Shown one piece after another: positions 1 through 8,512 of a stretch of DNA of 32,000 nt. The DNA comes from Edaphobacter aggregans (lineage in GTDB: Bacteria; Acidobacteriota; Terriglobia; Terriglobales; Acidobacteriaceae), in assembly GCF_003945235.1 (NCBI RefSeq), contig NZ_RSDW01000001.1, positions 2,310,001 through 2,342,000 on the forward strand, written 5' to 3'. The stretch's first letter is position 1, and each line of letters begins with the position of its first letter. Position numbers and translations under genes: made by a program. The notes under the pieces were generated by a model. The model saw only the letters and a list, made by a program, of their open reading frames with translations, had not been told where the DNA came from and searched no databases.

Positions 1-801
1 GCGGGACCGAAAGACGCTCCCACCATTCTTTTCCTGCATGGCCTTCCATCGTCGTCGCGAATGTTTCAGCCTCTACTGGCACGGCTTGCAGACAACTATC
101 ATCTGGTTGCGCCCGACTATCCGGGCTTCGGACATAGCGACTGGCCCGACCCCAAACAGTTCGATTACACCTTCGACCACATCGCTTCCGTGATGAACGG
201 CTTCACGCAAGCACTGGGTTTGTCCCACTACACACTTTATATGCAGGACTACGGTGGGCCGGTTGGCTTTCGCATGGCATTGACGCACCCCGAGCGGGTA
301 CAGGCTCTCATCGTCCAGGACGCGGTCTCTCACAACGAAGGTCTTGGGGCAAACTGGGCGACACGTCGGGCATTCTGGGCGGACCGACCTGCTCATGAAG
401 AGGCGTTGCGTCAAAACCTGCTGTCGCTTGCGACCACGAAGACACGCCACATAGGAGACGATCCAAATACCGAACTCTATGACCCGGATCTTTGGACGGA
501 TGAGTACGCATTTCTGAACGCGCCAGGGCAAGCGCAAATTCAAAGCGATCTCTTCTATGACTACCGCACGAACGTCGATGCTTATCCAAAGTGGCAGGCG
601 TGGCTACAGAAGACGCAGCCAAAGCTTTTGGTCCTCTGGGGCAAGCACGATCTCTCGTTCGATCCCGGTGAGCCCGAGCGCTACCGCAAGGACGTACCGA
701 ACGCAGCGGTTTATGTACTCGACGCAGGGCACTTCGCGCTTGATACCAAAGCCGATGAGATTGCGGCACGGGTACGTGACTTCATGAAGACACAGAAGTA
801 A
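1..801 (+). CDS. alpha/beta-fold hydrolase, epoxide-hydrolase/haloalkane-dehalogenase-like; 5' end outside window
   Basis: Frame 1 is open from base 1 (AGPKDAPTILFLHGLPSSSRMFQ...), so ORF 61..801 is only the part after an internal Met. Has the HG oxyanion motif (FLHG), a nucleophile elbow with Asp (MQDYGGPVG) and a C-terminal catalytic His context (DAGHFALD). Confidence 0.8.
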   Translation, partial: AGPKDAPTILFLHGLPSSSRMFQPLLARLADNYHLVAPDYPGFGHSDWPDPKQFDYTFDHIASVMNGFTQALGLSHYTLYMQDYGGPVGFRMALTHPERVQALIVQDAVSHNEGLGANWATRRAFWADRPAHEEALRQNLLSLATTKTRHIGDDPNTELYDPDLWTDEYAFLNAPGQAQIQSDLFYDYRTNVDAYPKWQAWLQKTQPKLLVLWGKHDLSFDPGEPERYRKDVPNAAVYVLDAGHFALDTKADEIAARVRDFMKTQK

Positions 802-806
802 GAAGC

Positions 807-1813
807 CTAGCGTAGGCTCCGCGCCAAGCCCGTCGAATCGCGAACCACCAGAGACGTCTTCACCGCATACTGTTTGCCGACTTCGTTAGGATTCTTTCCC
901 GACGATTCCAGCGCTTTGAAGAACACCTCGGCAAGTTCGTGCCAGGGTAAGCGGATCGTAGTGAGCGGGATAGACGATATCGCTTAGGTCGATATCGTCG
1001 AAGCCGACGATGGAAAAATCCTTTGGAACCGAGAGACCATTCTTGCGGATCACGCGCAAGGCGCCGATAGCGGTCAGATCGTTCGCAGTCAGCAGCGCTG
1101 TTGGACGATGCCTGAGAGCGAGCACTTCGGTCATCGCACTTTCACCGCCTGTAATGCGGTAGTTCCCCACTCGGATGAAGGCTGGATCAACCTCCAGGTC
1201 AGCGGAGCGCATAGCGTTGACGAACGCCCGGACGCGATGATCGGAGATAGTGGGGCCATCCGAACCACCTATGTATCCGATCTTCCGATGCCGTAATTGC
1301 TTGAGATGCTGAACCGCCTGATTCATTCCGCTTGCATAGTCAATAGCCACATCACTCAGGCCAGGGGCCAGCAAAAGCCGGTCCATCGTCACCAGCGGCA
1401 CACGGTGATGAATCACCGCCTCGATCGGCTCGGTTTCAATCTCGGCAGCCAGCAGAGCTATTCCATCCACTTTTCGGACAAGCATCCTGTATATCGTCTG
1501 CTGCATCTTCGACGGATGAAAGTCTGTGGTCGCCATCAACATATCCTGATTGTGGTCGACGAGAATCGATTCGAAGCTCCGAATGAACTCAGGGAAGAAG
1601 GGGTTCGTAATATCCGGGATAATGAGGCCGTACGTACTGCTTCTGCCGTACTTGAGCGTCGTAGCGCTGCCGTAGGGGACAAACTTCAAGTCCGCGATCA
1701 CACGTCGGACGCGCTCAGCCGTTACAGGTTTCACGAGATTAGAGCCATTGATGACACGCGAAACCGTCGCACTCGAGACTCCAGCGACCTTTGCAAATAT
1801 CACGCATGTCCAT
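807..1813 (-). pseudogene. LacI-family transcriptional regulator, apparently frameshifted twice
   Basis: ORF 886..1842 carries the LacI HTH (AKVAGVSSATVSRVING) and the sugar-binding core (IVGFDDIDLSDIVYP). The expected C-terminus (PLTTIRLPWHELAEVFFKALESSGKNPNEVGKQYAVKTSLVVRDSTGLARSLR*) is encoded in a different frame, 968 down to the stop at 807..809. The switch is at the GGG run 967-969. A canonical N-terminus, MDMRDI, is encoded from ATG 1811-1813 in yet another frame, with the switch at the AAA run 1795-1797 and GGAAGGG just upstream. Family call is firm; pseudogene versus sequencing error is unresolved. Confidence 0.7.
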
Positions 1814-2239
1814 CGACCCTTCCCACCCTTCGAAAACCTCATTCTTACAAACGCGACGGCGATTCACCTTAAACATGACGCGGGGAAATCTGAAAAATAA
1901 CGATAGCGTTCGGGCTTGTCAGCCGTGATTGGCGACCCCAACCATCCGCCAACGCCTGAAGGCATAGGCTCAGCCTCGCTTTTGGCTGGTCGAAGCCGCT
2001 GCGTAACCCCTATTCCCCAGGAATTGAGGGCGGAGGCCAGCCGTCTCACCTGCTCGGCAAGCATTGAGCGATCCGGCGCTGCATGGTACTATAGAGGAAT
2101 CAGCAGACTACCCTCCGCAGGGTAGAGGGCCAGCGGCTATGTCCGCTCTCCCCCACCACTTCCAGGCATCCCGAGGTTCCACTCACTCAGGCTTGAACTC
2201 TGGGAAGTCTTCTGCGACTCGAGATTGGAGTATTTCGTC

Positions 2240-2428
2240 ATGGCTCAAAAATGTGAACTCTGCGGCAAGGGACCGCAGTTCGGCAACAACATCTCCCACG
2301 CCCACAACACGACTCGTCGTCGCTGGAACGTGAACCTGCAGCCCGTCAAGGCCGTCGTTGATGGCGTCAGCAAGCGTATGCGCGTCTGCACCAGCTGCAT
2401 CAAGACCGGCAAGATCGTCAAAGGCTAA
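2240..2428 (+). CDS. rpmB: 50S ribosomal protein L28
   Basis: MAQKCELCGKGPQFGNNISHAHNTTRRRWNVNLQ... matches the L28 N-terminal signature (C-x-x-G/C-G-K, GNN-SHA-N-T-RR). I take the second Met of ORF 2225..2428 as the start. The gene is followed by an intrinsic terminator. Confidence 0.9.
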   Translation: MAQKCELCGKGPQFGNNISHAHNTTRRRWNVNLQPVKAVVDGVSKRMRVCTSCIKTGKIVKG

Positions 2429-2451
2429 GCCAAAACCTTCAGAAACAAGTC

Positions 2452-2495
2452 GCCCCAGCCGCATCATAGCCGGCTGGGGCTTTTCCTGTTTTTCT
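2452..2495 (+). terminator. Rho-independent terminator downstream of rpmB
   Basis: Perfect 10-bp GC-rich stem GCCCCAGCCG (2452-2461) / CGGCTGGGGC (2471-2480) with a 9-nt loop, followed by TTTTCCTGTTTTT. Confidence 0.8.
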
Positions 2496-2559
2496 ACGAT
2501 TTTGGACCGACTCAACTACGGAGCCCTTAGTCCGTGGTTTTCCGCGCCTATCGTGGTCG

Positions 2560-2970
2560 TTACTGCTTCTCGAACCCCAGCGAAGCGCTGTTGATGCAGT
2601 ATCGCATTCCCGTAGGCCGCGGCCCATCGGGAAATACGTGACCCAGATGAGCGCCGCACTTCGCGCACGTCACCTCGACCCGCCGCATCCCCAGAGTGCT
2701 GTCTTCATGTGCCTCAATCGCGTCAGCGGACACCGGCAGCCAAAAGCTCGGCCACCCGCTCCCTGAATCGAACTTCTTGTCCGAGGTAAACAGCGGAGCA
2801 TTACACGCAGCGCATTGATAAACCCCGCTCTCGTGATTATTGAGCAGCGCACCGGTAAAAGCCCGCTCCGTTCCCTTCTCGCGCATCACATGGAACTGCT
2901 CTGGAGTCAGCAACTCACGCCATTCGGCCTCTGTCTTGTGAATCTTCTCGACCTTCGTCGTCTCAGCCAT
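2560..2970 (-). CDS. msrB: peptide-methionine (R)-S-oxide reductase
   Basis: Two CxxC pairs (CAACNAPLF..., [12 protein letters not shown]) and the GWPSF and RYCINS motifs typical of MsrB. ATG at 2970 has GAGGAGG 8 nt upstream; the listed start at 2973 is a GTG one codon earlier. Confidence 0.9.
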   Translation of the reverse strand: MAETTKVEKIHKTEAEWRELLTPEQFHVMREKGTERAFTGALLNNHESGVYQCAACNAPLFTSDKKFDSGSGWPSFWLPVSADAIEAHEDSTLGMRRVEVTCAKCGAHLGHVFPDGPRPTGMRYCINSASLGFEKQ

Positions 2971-3014
2971 CACTCTATCCTCCTCTATCTAAGGATTAGA
3001 TGTTCATGGGCGAT

Positions 3015-3419
3015 TTAAGCTCCGGCCTTGGCGATGACCTCGATCTCCACTAGCGCATCCTTCGGCAACCCAGCGACTGCCACCGTCGACCGAGCAGGTG
3101 GAATCACTCCCTCGGGAGCCAGGTAGGTCGCATACACCTCGTTCATCGCCGCAAAGTCACCCATGCTCTTCAGAAAGACCGTCGTCTTCACGACATGAGT
3201 CAGGTCGAGCCCGGCTTTGGCCAGCACCGCCTTGATATTGTCGAACACCCGTTTGGTCTGTTCCGCCACGCCCCCCGAAACCAGCTGGCCGGTTGCAGGA
3301 TCGAGCCCAATCTGCCCAGAGGCAAACAACGTATCGCCGGACCGAACCGCCTGCGAATAGGGGCCAATAGCGGCCGGAGCTTCCTTGGTCGAAATCGCTG
3401 TCTTCACTTGATCGCTCAT
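3015..3419 (-). CDS. RidA/YjgF family protein (reactive imine deaminase family)
   Basis: 134 aa with APAAIGPYSQAV..., FLKSMGDFAAMNEVY and ARSTVAVAGLPKDALVEIEVIA, the typical YjgF/RidA fold signature. Confidence 0.85.
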   Translation of the reverse strand: MSDQVKTAISTKEAPAAIGPYSQAVRSGDTLFASGQIGLDPATGQLVSGGVAEQTKRVFDNIKAVLAKAGLDLTHVVKTTVFLKSMGDFAAMNEVYATYLAPEGVIPPARSTVAVAGLPKDALVEIEVIAKAGA

Positions 3420-3455
3420 ATGTAGCTAAGTCTATCGTCTTCTGCGCGGTTCAGC

Positions 3456-4016
3456 TCAATTGACCCTGGGCTGCGGCGTTGTCACAGGGGTCGACGGTAT
3501 AGGCGAAATCTGCTGTTCCTTGGCTTTATGACCCGGGACTCGCGTCGCCTCAAAGCTTGTAATCTTCCATCCCCCGGATGGAAGTCTTTGATAGACCCTC
3601 GTGTATCGGTAGGTTCCCTTAACCGAAGCGCCCTCGTTGGTCCCTTCCACCTCAGCGAGAGACGTCACGATGGCGATCCCACCGATCAGCTTCACCTTCA
3701 TATCGCTCAGCGCAATCTTGCTGAGCGACACTTTATGAGCCCGTACCCGATCTAGCAGTTGTGCCTTGGTATTCACCTGGCCCGACATCGAGATCCCGAT
3801 AAAGTCCTCGGAGAGCATCTTGTCCATGGTCGCGACATCGCCCGCCAACTGGGCCGTCCGCCACTGCTCCTCCAGCGCCTCGACCTGTTTCTTGATATCG
3901 TGCTTGTCGTGCGCCTCAGCAAATGCAGGCCGCGCACCAGCGCCCAAAACCAGCAACACCACAAGTACGGACGAAACCACCGTCAAGGCGCGATTTGTAG
4001 GACCACTCCAGAGCAT
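3456..4016 (-). CDS. secreted NTF2-like (DUF4440/SnoaL-like) protein
   Basis: N-terminal signal/TM segment (VVSSVLVVLLVLGAGARPAFA), then the EEQWRTAQLAGDVATMDKMLSEDFIGISMSGQV... pattern typical of DUF4440-type NTF2 folds. Confidence 0.6.
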   Translation of the reverse strand: MLWSGPTNRALTVVSSVLVVLLVLGAGARPAFAEAHDKHDIKKQVEALEEQWRTAQLAGDVATMDKMLSEDFIGISMSGQVNTKAQLLDRVRAHKVSLSKIALSDMKVKLIGGIAIVTSLAEVEGTNEGASVKGTYRYTRVYQRLPSGGWKITSFEATRVPGHKAKEQQISPIPSTPVTTPQPRVN

Positions 4017-4124
4017 AGGGCGTACCGGATAGTAGACCGCTCCCCACCAAGAGTCAAAACAACTTTCGTTGTACCCATATTATCGGCTCAAAGCGACCAT
4101 GAGCCACAGCGCCGCCCGGAATCG

Positions 4125-4412
4125 TCAGCTCACCGCCGTAAGATTCTCCATCTGCCGGTCGCGCATCCGCTGATAGAGTCCGCCGATCGCATATTGATGA
4201 AAGTGCGGCGCATTCCGGTGGTGATCCAGAGCCGCCTCATCCTCATACTGCTCATAGATCAGCACTGTGCAGGCGTCGCCCTCGACAAAATGAGGAATAT
4301 AGCTCACACATCCGGGCTCCTTGCGAGTCTCCGCCGTCAACTGCCGCAACATCTCCGCCACATCTTCGTGATCGGCCTGGTCAAACGTCATCCGTACAGT
4401 GAAACTCAACAT
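4125..4412 (-). CDS. antibiotic-biosynthesis-monooxygenase (ABM) family protein / putative quinol monooxygenase
   Basis: 95 aa with EPGCVSY...YEQYEDEAALDHHRNAPHF, matching the ABM ferredoxin-like domain pattern. Confidence 0.7.
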   Translation of the reverse strand: MLSFTVRMTFDQADHEDVAEMLRQLTAETRKEPGCVSYIPHFVEGDACTVLIYEQYEDEAALDHHRNAPHFHQYAIGGLYQRMRDRQMENLTAVS

Positions 4413-4468
4413 ACTGGGCCTTTTCTCTCTTATAAAGATGCTGAAACCAGTTGCTGCATGAATTGGCG

Positions 4469-5779
4469 CTAAGCCTCCAGCGCCGCGGCAAACTCCGGAA
4501 GAGTCATCGTCTGGTCGCGATCCGGTCCGGTCGAAACCATGCCGATCTTCGCGCCGGACTCCTTCTCCAGGAAGTGTAGATAATCCTGAGCCAGCTTCGG
4601 CAACTTATCAAACTCCGTAATCCCTTCGGTCGAGGCCTTCCATCCCTTCAGCTTCGTGTAAACCGGCTCAATCGACTCAAAGCCACGAATGTCAGCCGGA
4701 ATCACATCGGTCAGCTTGCCATCGATCTTGTAGTGCGCGCACACCGGAATCTCGTCGCACTCATCCATCACGTCCATCTTGGTCACGACGAGCCATTCGG
4801 TCGAGTTAATCATGTTGCTGTAGCGCAGCAGCGGCAGGTCCAGCCAGCCGCAACGCCGTGGCCGTCCAGTCACTGCGCCATATTCCTGCCCACGCGCCCG
4901 CAGCAGTTCGGCCGAACCGTCATGAATCTCCGACGGGAAGGGCCCCTCCCCCACACGCGTCACATAGGCCTTGGTGACTCCAATCACCGTGCCGATCTGC
5001 GTCGGTCCTACGCCCGTTCCGGTCACCGCGCCACCGGCCGTAGCCGAAGACGACGTCACAAATGGATACGTCCCATGGTCGATATCCAGCAGCGCACCCT
5101 GCGCGCCCTCGAACATCACCTTCTCGCCGTTGCGGATTGCGTCGTTCAGCAGCACAGCCGTATCCGTAACAAACGGGGCGACTTGTTCAGCCAGCCGCGC
5201 GTATTCCTCATACATTCCCTTGGGGTCCAGCGGCTCTGTCCCGAATAGCGCATGCGCAATCGTGTTTTTCTCGTCGCAGGCATTCTTGATGTGTGTCCGC
5301 AGCAGTGCGGGGTTCAGCAGGTCGACCACTCGCAGCCCATTGCGGTGAACCTTATCCTCATACGCTGGCCCGATGCCGCGCCGCGTCGTCCCAATCTTCG
5401 TCCGCCCCGGAGCCGTCTCGGCTGCCAGTTCAATCATGCGGTGGTACGGCAGAATCACCTGTGCGCGGTTGGAGACAAACAACTGCCCATTGACCTCCAG
5501 GCCGGCCTCCTTCAGCTTCTTTACTTCGCCCAGAAAGGCCATCGGGTCGAAAACCACGCCATTGCCGATAACGCCCTTGCACTGGGGCCGCAGCACGCCG
5601 CAGGGGATCAGCTGGAGCACGAACTTCTTACCGCCGATGATCACCGTATGCCCGGCGTTATGCCCGCCCGCGTACCGCGCCACAACGGAGAACTTCTCCG
5701 ACAGCACATCCACAATCTTGCCCTTGCCCTCATCGCCCCACTGGGCACCCAAAACGACCGCTGATTTGCGTTGACTCAC
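4469..5779 (-). CDS. purA: adenylosuccinate synthase
   Basis: GAQWGDEGKGKIVD P-loop, GGHNAGHTV, TTRRGIGPAYEDK and GTGVGP motifs. The ORF is open to 5857, but alignment with PurA N-termini favours GTG at 5777-5779 (MSQRKSAVVLGAQWGDEGKG) with GGAGA upstream. Start is uncertain by about 26 codons. Confidence 0.9.
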   Translation of the reverse strand: MSQRKSAVVLGAQWGDEGKGKIVDVLSEKFSVVARYAGGHNAGHTVIIGGKKFVLQLIPCGVLRPQCKGVIGNGVVFDPMAFLGEVKKLKEAGLEVNGQLFVSNRAQVILPYHRMIELAAETAPGRTKIGTTRRGIGPAYEDKVHRNGLRVVDLLNPALLRTHIKNACDEKNTIAHALFGTEPLDPKGMYEEYARLAEQVAPFVTDTAVLLNDAIRNGEKVMFEGAQGALLDIDHGTYPFVTSSSATAGGAVTGTGVGPTQIGTVIGVTKAYVTRVGEGPFPSEIHDGSAELLRARGQEYGAVTGRPRRCGWLDLPLLRYSNMINSTEWLVVTKMDVMDECDEIPVCAHYKIDGKLTDVIPADIRGFESIEPVYTKLKGWKASTEGITEFDKLPKLAQDYLHFLEKESGAKIGMVSTGPDRDQTMTLPEFAAALEA

Positions 5780-5892
5780 GACGGATATGTTCTCCAAAGG
5801 ATTGGTTTCTGGCCGGATAAGCGCACACCGCAGAGGCGAACGCGCCTCTACCATCATATCGCGTCCCGTAAGATTGTCTCAGGAACCAACCC

Positions 5893-6552
5893 ATGAACGT
5901 GATCCTCTTCGGTGCAACCGGCATGGTAGGCCAGGGCGTCCTGCGCGAATGCCTTCTGGACCACGATATTCAGCAAGTCCTGGCCGTCGGACGCAGCGCC
6001 ACCGGCCAGCACCACCCAAAGCTCCGTGAACTGACCGCTCCCGACCTTATAGACCTCACCGCCATCGAGTCCAAGCTCACCGGCTACGACACCTGCTTCT
6101 TCTGCACCGGCGTCTCCTCAGCCGGAATGACTGAAGAAAAATACACCCACCTCACCTACGACCTCACGCTCTCCGTAGCCCAAACCCTGGCTCGCCTCAA
6201 CCCCACCATGACCTTCCTCTACATCTCAGGAGCCGGAACCGACAGCACCGAAAAAGGTCGCAGCATGTGGGCACGCGTCAAAGGCCGCACCGAAAACGCC
6301 CTCCTCCGTCTTCCCTTCAAAGCCGCCTACATGTTCCGCCCGGGCTTCATCCAGCCGCTACACGGCATCCGCTCCAAAACCCGCCTCTACCAGTTCCTTT
6401 ACGACGTCCTCGCGCCCATCCAGCCCCTGCTCAAAGGCCGCCTCCCCAAATACATCACCACCACCGAGCAACTGGGACACGCCATGATCGCCGTCGCCAA
6501 AAACGGCTATCCCAAACCTATCCTCGAATCGCTCGACATCAACGCCGTATAG
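5893..6552 (+). CDS. NAD(P)H-binding protein (atypical SDR / NmrA-like)
   Basis: N-terminal Rossmann motif MNVILFGATGMVGQGVL; 219 aa; strong C/A-ending codon usage typical of + strand genes here. Confidence 0.7.
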   Translation: MNVILFGATGMVGQGVLRECLLDHDIQQVLAVGRSATGQHHPKLRELTAPDLIDLTAIESKLTGYDTCFFCTGVSSAGMTEEKYTHLTYDLTLSVAQTLARLNPTMTFLYISGAGTDSTEKGRSMWARVKGRTENALLRLPFKAAYMFRPGFIQPLHGIRSKTRLYQFLYDVLAPIQPLLKGRLPKYITTTEQLGHAMIAVAKNGYPKPILESLDINAV

Positions 6553-6558
6553 CTACTT

Positions 6559-8397
6559 TCACTTGCTGGCCACCTGGGGCTTCACCGTCAACGGAAACTC
6601 CAGCGCACCCATCTTCCCCGAAGCCACGTCATACACCCCTATCCGCACTGTCACGTCGCCATTCGGAATATCCAACTCCTGATAAAACGGCAGCCCCGTC
6701 CGCAACGCATCCGCATACACTTTCGGCTCCAGATCCAGCCTTTGCGTATTCAAGATCGAATTCAGGGGCCTGCCCTGCTGATCGTACGCAATCACCATCG
6801 TCATCAGCATCCCATGCCGAATCCCATCCTCGGTCTGCACCATCTGCGTATGACCAACATCCGTGGCATAGCCGAAGACGTATCGTGTCACCGGCTTCGT
6901 TGTCCTGGGATTATCTCCCTTGATGGCGTCGGAGGCCGTCGGCTGTTTCTCCTCGACAGCAGACTGGATCCTGAACAAAAGCTCGGACGACGGCGGCGCT
7001 CCCGGCTCCATCTCCGCGCGAAAGATGCCGCCCGCCCGCGTGCTCTGTTCCTTATCCGGCTGCAGCTTCCCCTTCGCGACAGCCTTTGCATCGGGAGCCA
7101 CATATCCGTGGCGGTAGAGCAGCTTGTACCCCGGCTGGGCGAGCCTCACTTCGATCTTGTGAAATTTTCCATCCTGCTTCACGCCAGCCGGGTCATACGC
7201 GAGAGTGTAGTACTGATCCCCGCTTTTGATCACATCCGCCATCGCGCCCTTCAGATCGTTCGTGTTGTAGATCGCCTTGCCTCCGGTGTCCTGCGCGATC
7301 GCATCCATCGTGTCGTGCTCTTTCGTCACCTGGTCGAACGCCAGGTCCTCCGCTTGCGACTGGTAATAGCCGTTCCTCAGAGAGCTCGCCCCGCCATGCG
7401 AAGGCGCCAGCACTGGATTCTGAAAGAACCTCCGCGCATCAATCGGATAAACCGCCACTCTCGCCGCCGCCAGCCGCTGGGCAGTAGCCCGCACATCCAT
7501 CGAGTAGTCCCGCATCATCCTGTACGCGTCTGTCTGGTTGAAGTCCGGGTCCACACCAATCGGAAACGACGCCGAAAACCAGATCAGGTTCTTTCGCCCC
7601 GGAAAAGGACTGAGATATCGCCCTAACTGGTCCATCGCCGCCAGCGTCTCCTTCACTCGAATATCGTCGTTGAACGAGCCCGTGTCAGACACAAACTGAC
7701 GCATGGTGTTGACCTGCGCGAGCGCCGCCATCCGCTGCTCGGGCGAGCTGTTAGGGTTGCCGATATTGCCCGCCGACAAAACCTGATCCTGACGCTTCTC
7801 CTGCGACTGCTGCTCCTCTGGCGTAATCAGGATCGGCGAAATATCTACCCCCTCGATCCCGCCCTTCCTGTTCAAAGCGTTCAGCAAGACCTCCGGATCC
7901 GTCGTGAACCCATTCACCATCCTCAAATGCGACGCCAGCGTAAAGATCGCAATGCGCGTCCCCGGAGGTATCGCCTTCAGGTAGGAGATCATCTCCTTGC
8001 GCACCATCATCTGATCCTGTGTCGGCGTGTTCAGCGAGTCCAGCAACACAACATTCACTGCGTCGCTCTTCACCTCCGCCGGAAAGTTCGAGTACATCCC
8101 CTCCGGCAGCTTCGGCACAGCACCCACCCTCGTCGCTGCGCCGCCGTGTGCCTCAAAATAGGTAATCGCCTGCGGCTTGCCGTCCTCGAAGACCGCAAAG
8201 TCACCCTGTTTCAACGCCGGTACGGAACGACCGGAGCCATCACCCACCACCACATCCACAAGTACCGTCTGTGTTCCCGTCTTGATCGTCGGAACAGCGG
8301 CGCCCGGAGCCGGAGGTGTCTGACCTACGCCCACCGCACAAAGGAGTGCGCCGCTCAATACGTAAAGGAAGCCGTCTCTCAAACCACGAAGAGGCAT
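6559..8397 (-). CDS. secreted VWA-domain protein, VWFA-related acidobacterial type (TIGR03436-like)
   Basis: Signal peptide, then VLVDVVVGDGSGRSVPALKQGDFAVFEDGKPQAITYFE, then VNVVLLDSLNTPTQDQMMVRKEMISYLKAIPPGTRIAIFTL, the characteristic N-terminal architecture of this family. Confidence 0.75.
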   Translation of the reverse strand: MPLRGLRDGFLYVLSGALLCAVGVGQTPPAPGAAVPTIKTGTQTVLVDVVVGDGSGRSVPALKQGDFAVFEDGKPQAITYFEAHGGAATRVGAVPKLPEGMYSNFPAEVKSDAVNVVLLDSLNTPTQDQMMVRKEMISYLKAIPPGTRIAIFTLASHLRMVNGFTTDPEVLLNALNRKGGIEGVDISPILITPEEQQSQEKRQDQVLSAGNIGNPNSSPEQRMAALAQVNTMRQFVSDTGSFNDDIRVKETLAAMDQLGRYLSPFPGRKNLIWFSASFPIGVDPDFNQTDAYRMMRDYSMDVRATAQRLAAARVAVYPIDARRFFQNPVLAPSHGGASSLRNGYYQSQAEDLAFDQVTKEHDTMDAIAQDTGGKAIYNTNDLKGAMADVIKSGDQYYTLAYDPAGVKQDGKFHKIEVRLAQPGYKLLYRHGYVAPDAKAVAKGKLQPDKEQSTRAGGIFRAEMEPGAPPSSELLFRIQSAVEEKQPTASDAIKGDNPRTTKPVTRYVFGYATDVGHTQMVQTEDGIRHGMLMTMVIAYDQQGRPLNSILNTQRLDLEPKVYADALRTGLPFYQELDIPNGDVTVRIGVYDVASGKMGALEFPLTVKPQVASK

Positions 8398-8512
8398 ACA
8401 CCCTCACACCCTTCCCAAATCAAAACTCACGGGAATGCGTGGACAGTTTATAAAAAACTCCGCCCGTTATGCGCGCCCGTCTTCGCGTCGGTTATGCTTC
8501 CCCTGACTAGTC

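Noticed and set aside
2053-2075. Partial resemblance of CTCGGCAAGCATTGAGCGATCC to the 18541/21050 direct repeat.
   Set aside because: Only about 12 of 17 positions match and the flanks do not. Most likely chance.
4059-4072. Small hairpin ACAAC-GAAA-GTTGT followed by TTTG downstream of the ABM gene (- strand) as a terminator.
   Set aside because: The stem is 5 bp and AT-rich, and the T-tract is short. That is too weak to call.
4469-5857. Extended purA N-terminus (MMVEARSPLRCALIRPETNPLENI...).
   Set aside because: PurA proteins begin only a few residues before the VVLGxQWGDEGKGK P-loop. A GTG at 5777-5779 preceded by GGAGA fits better, and the extension looks like chance read-through.
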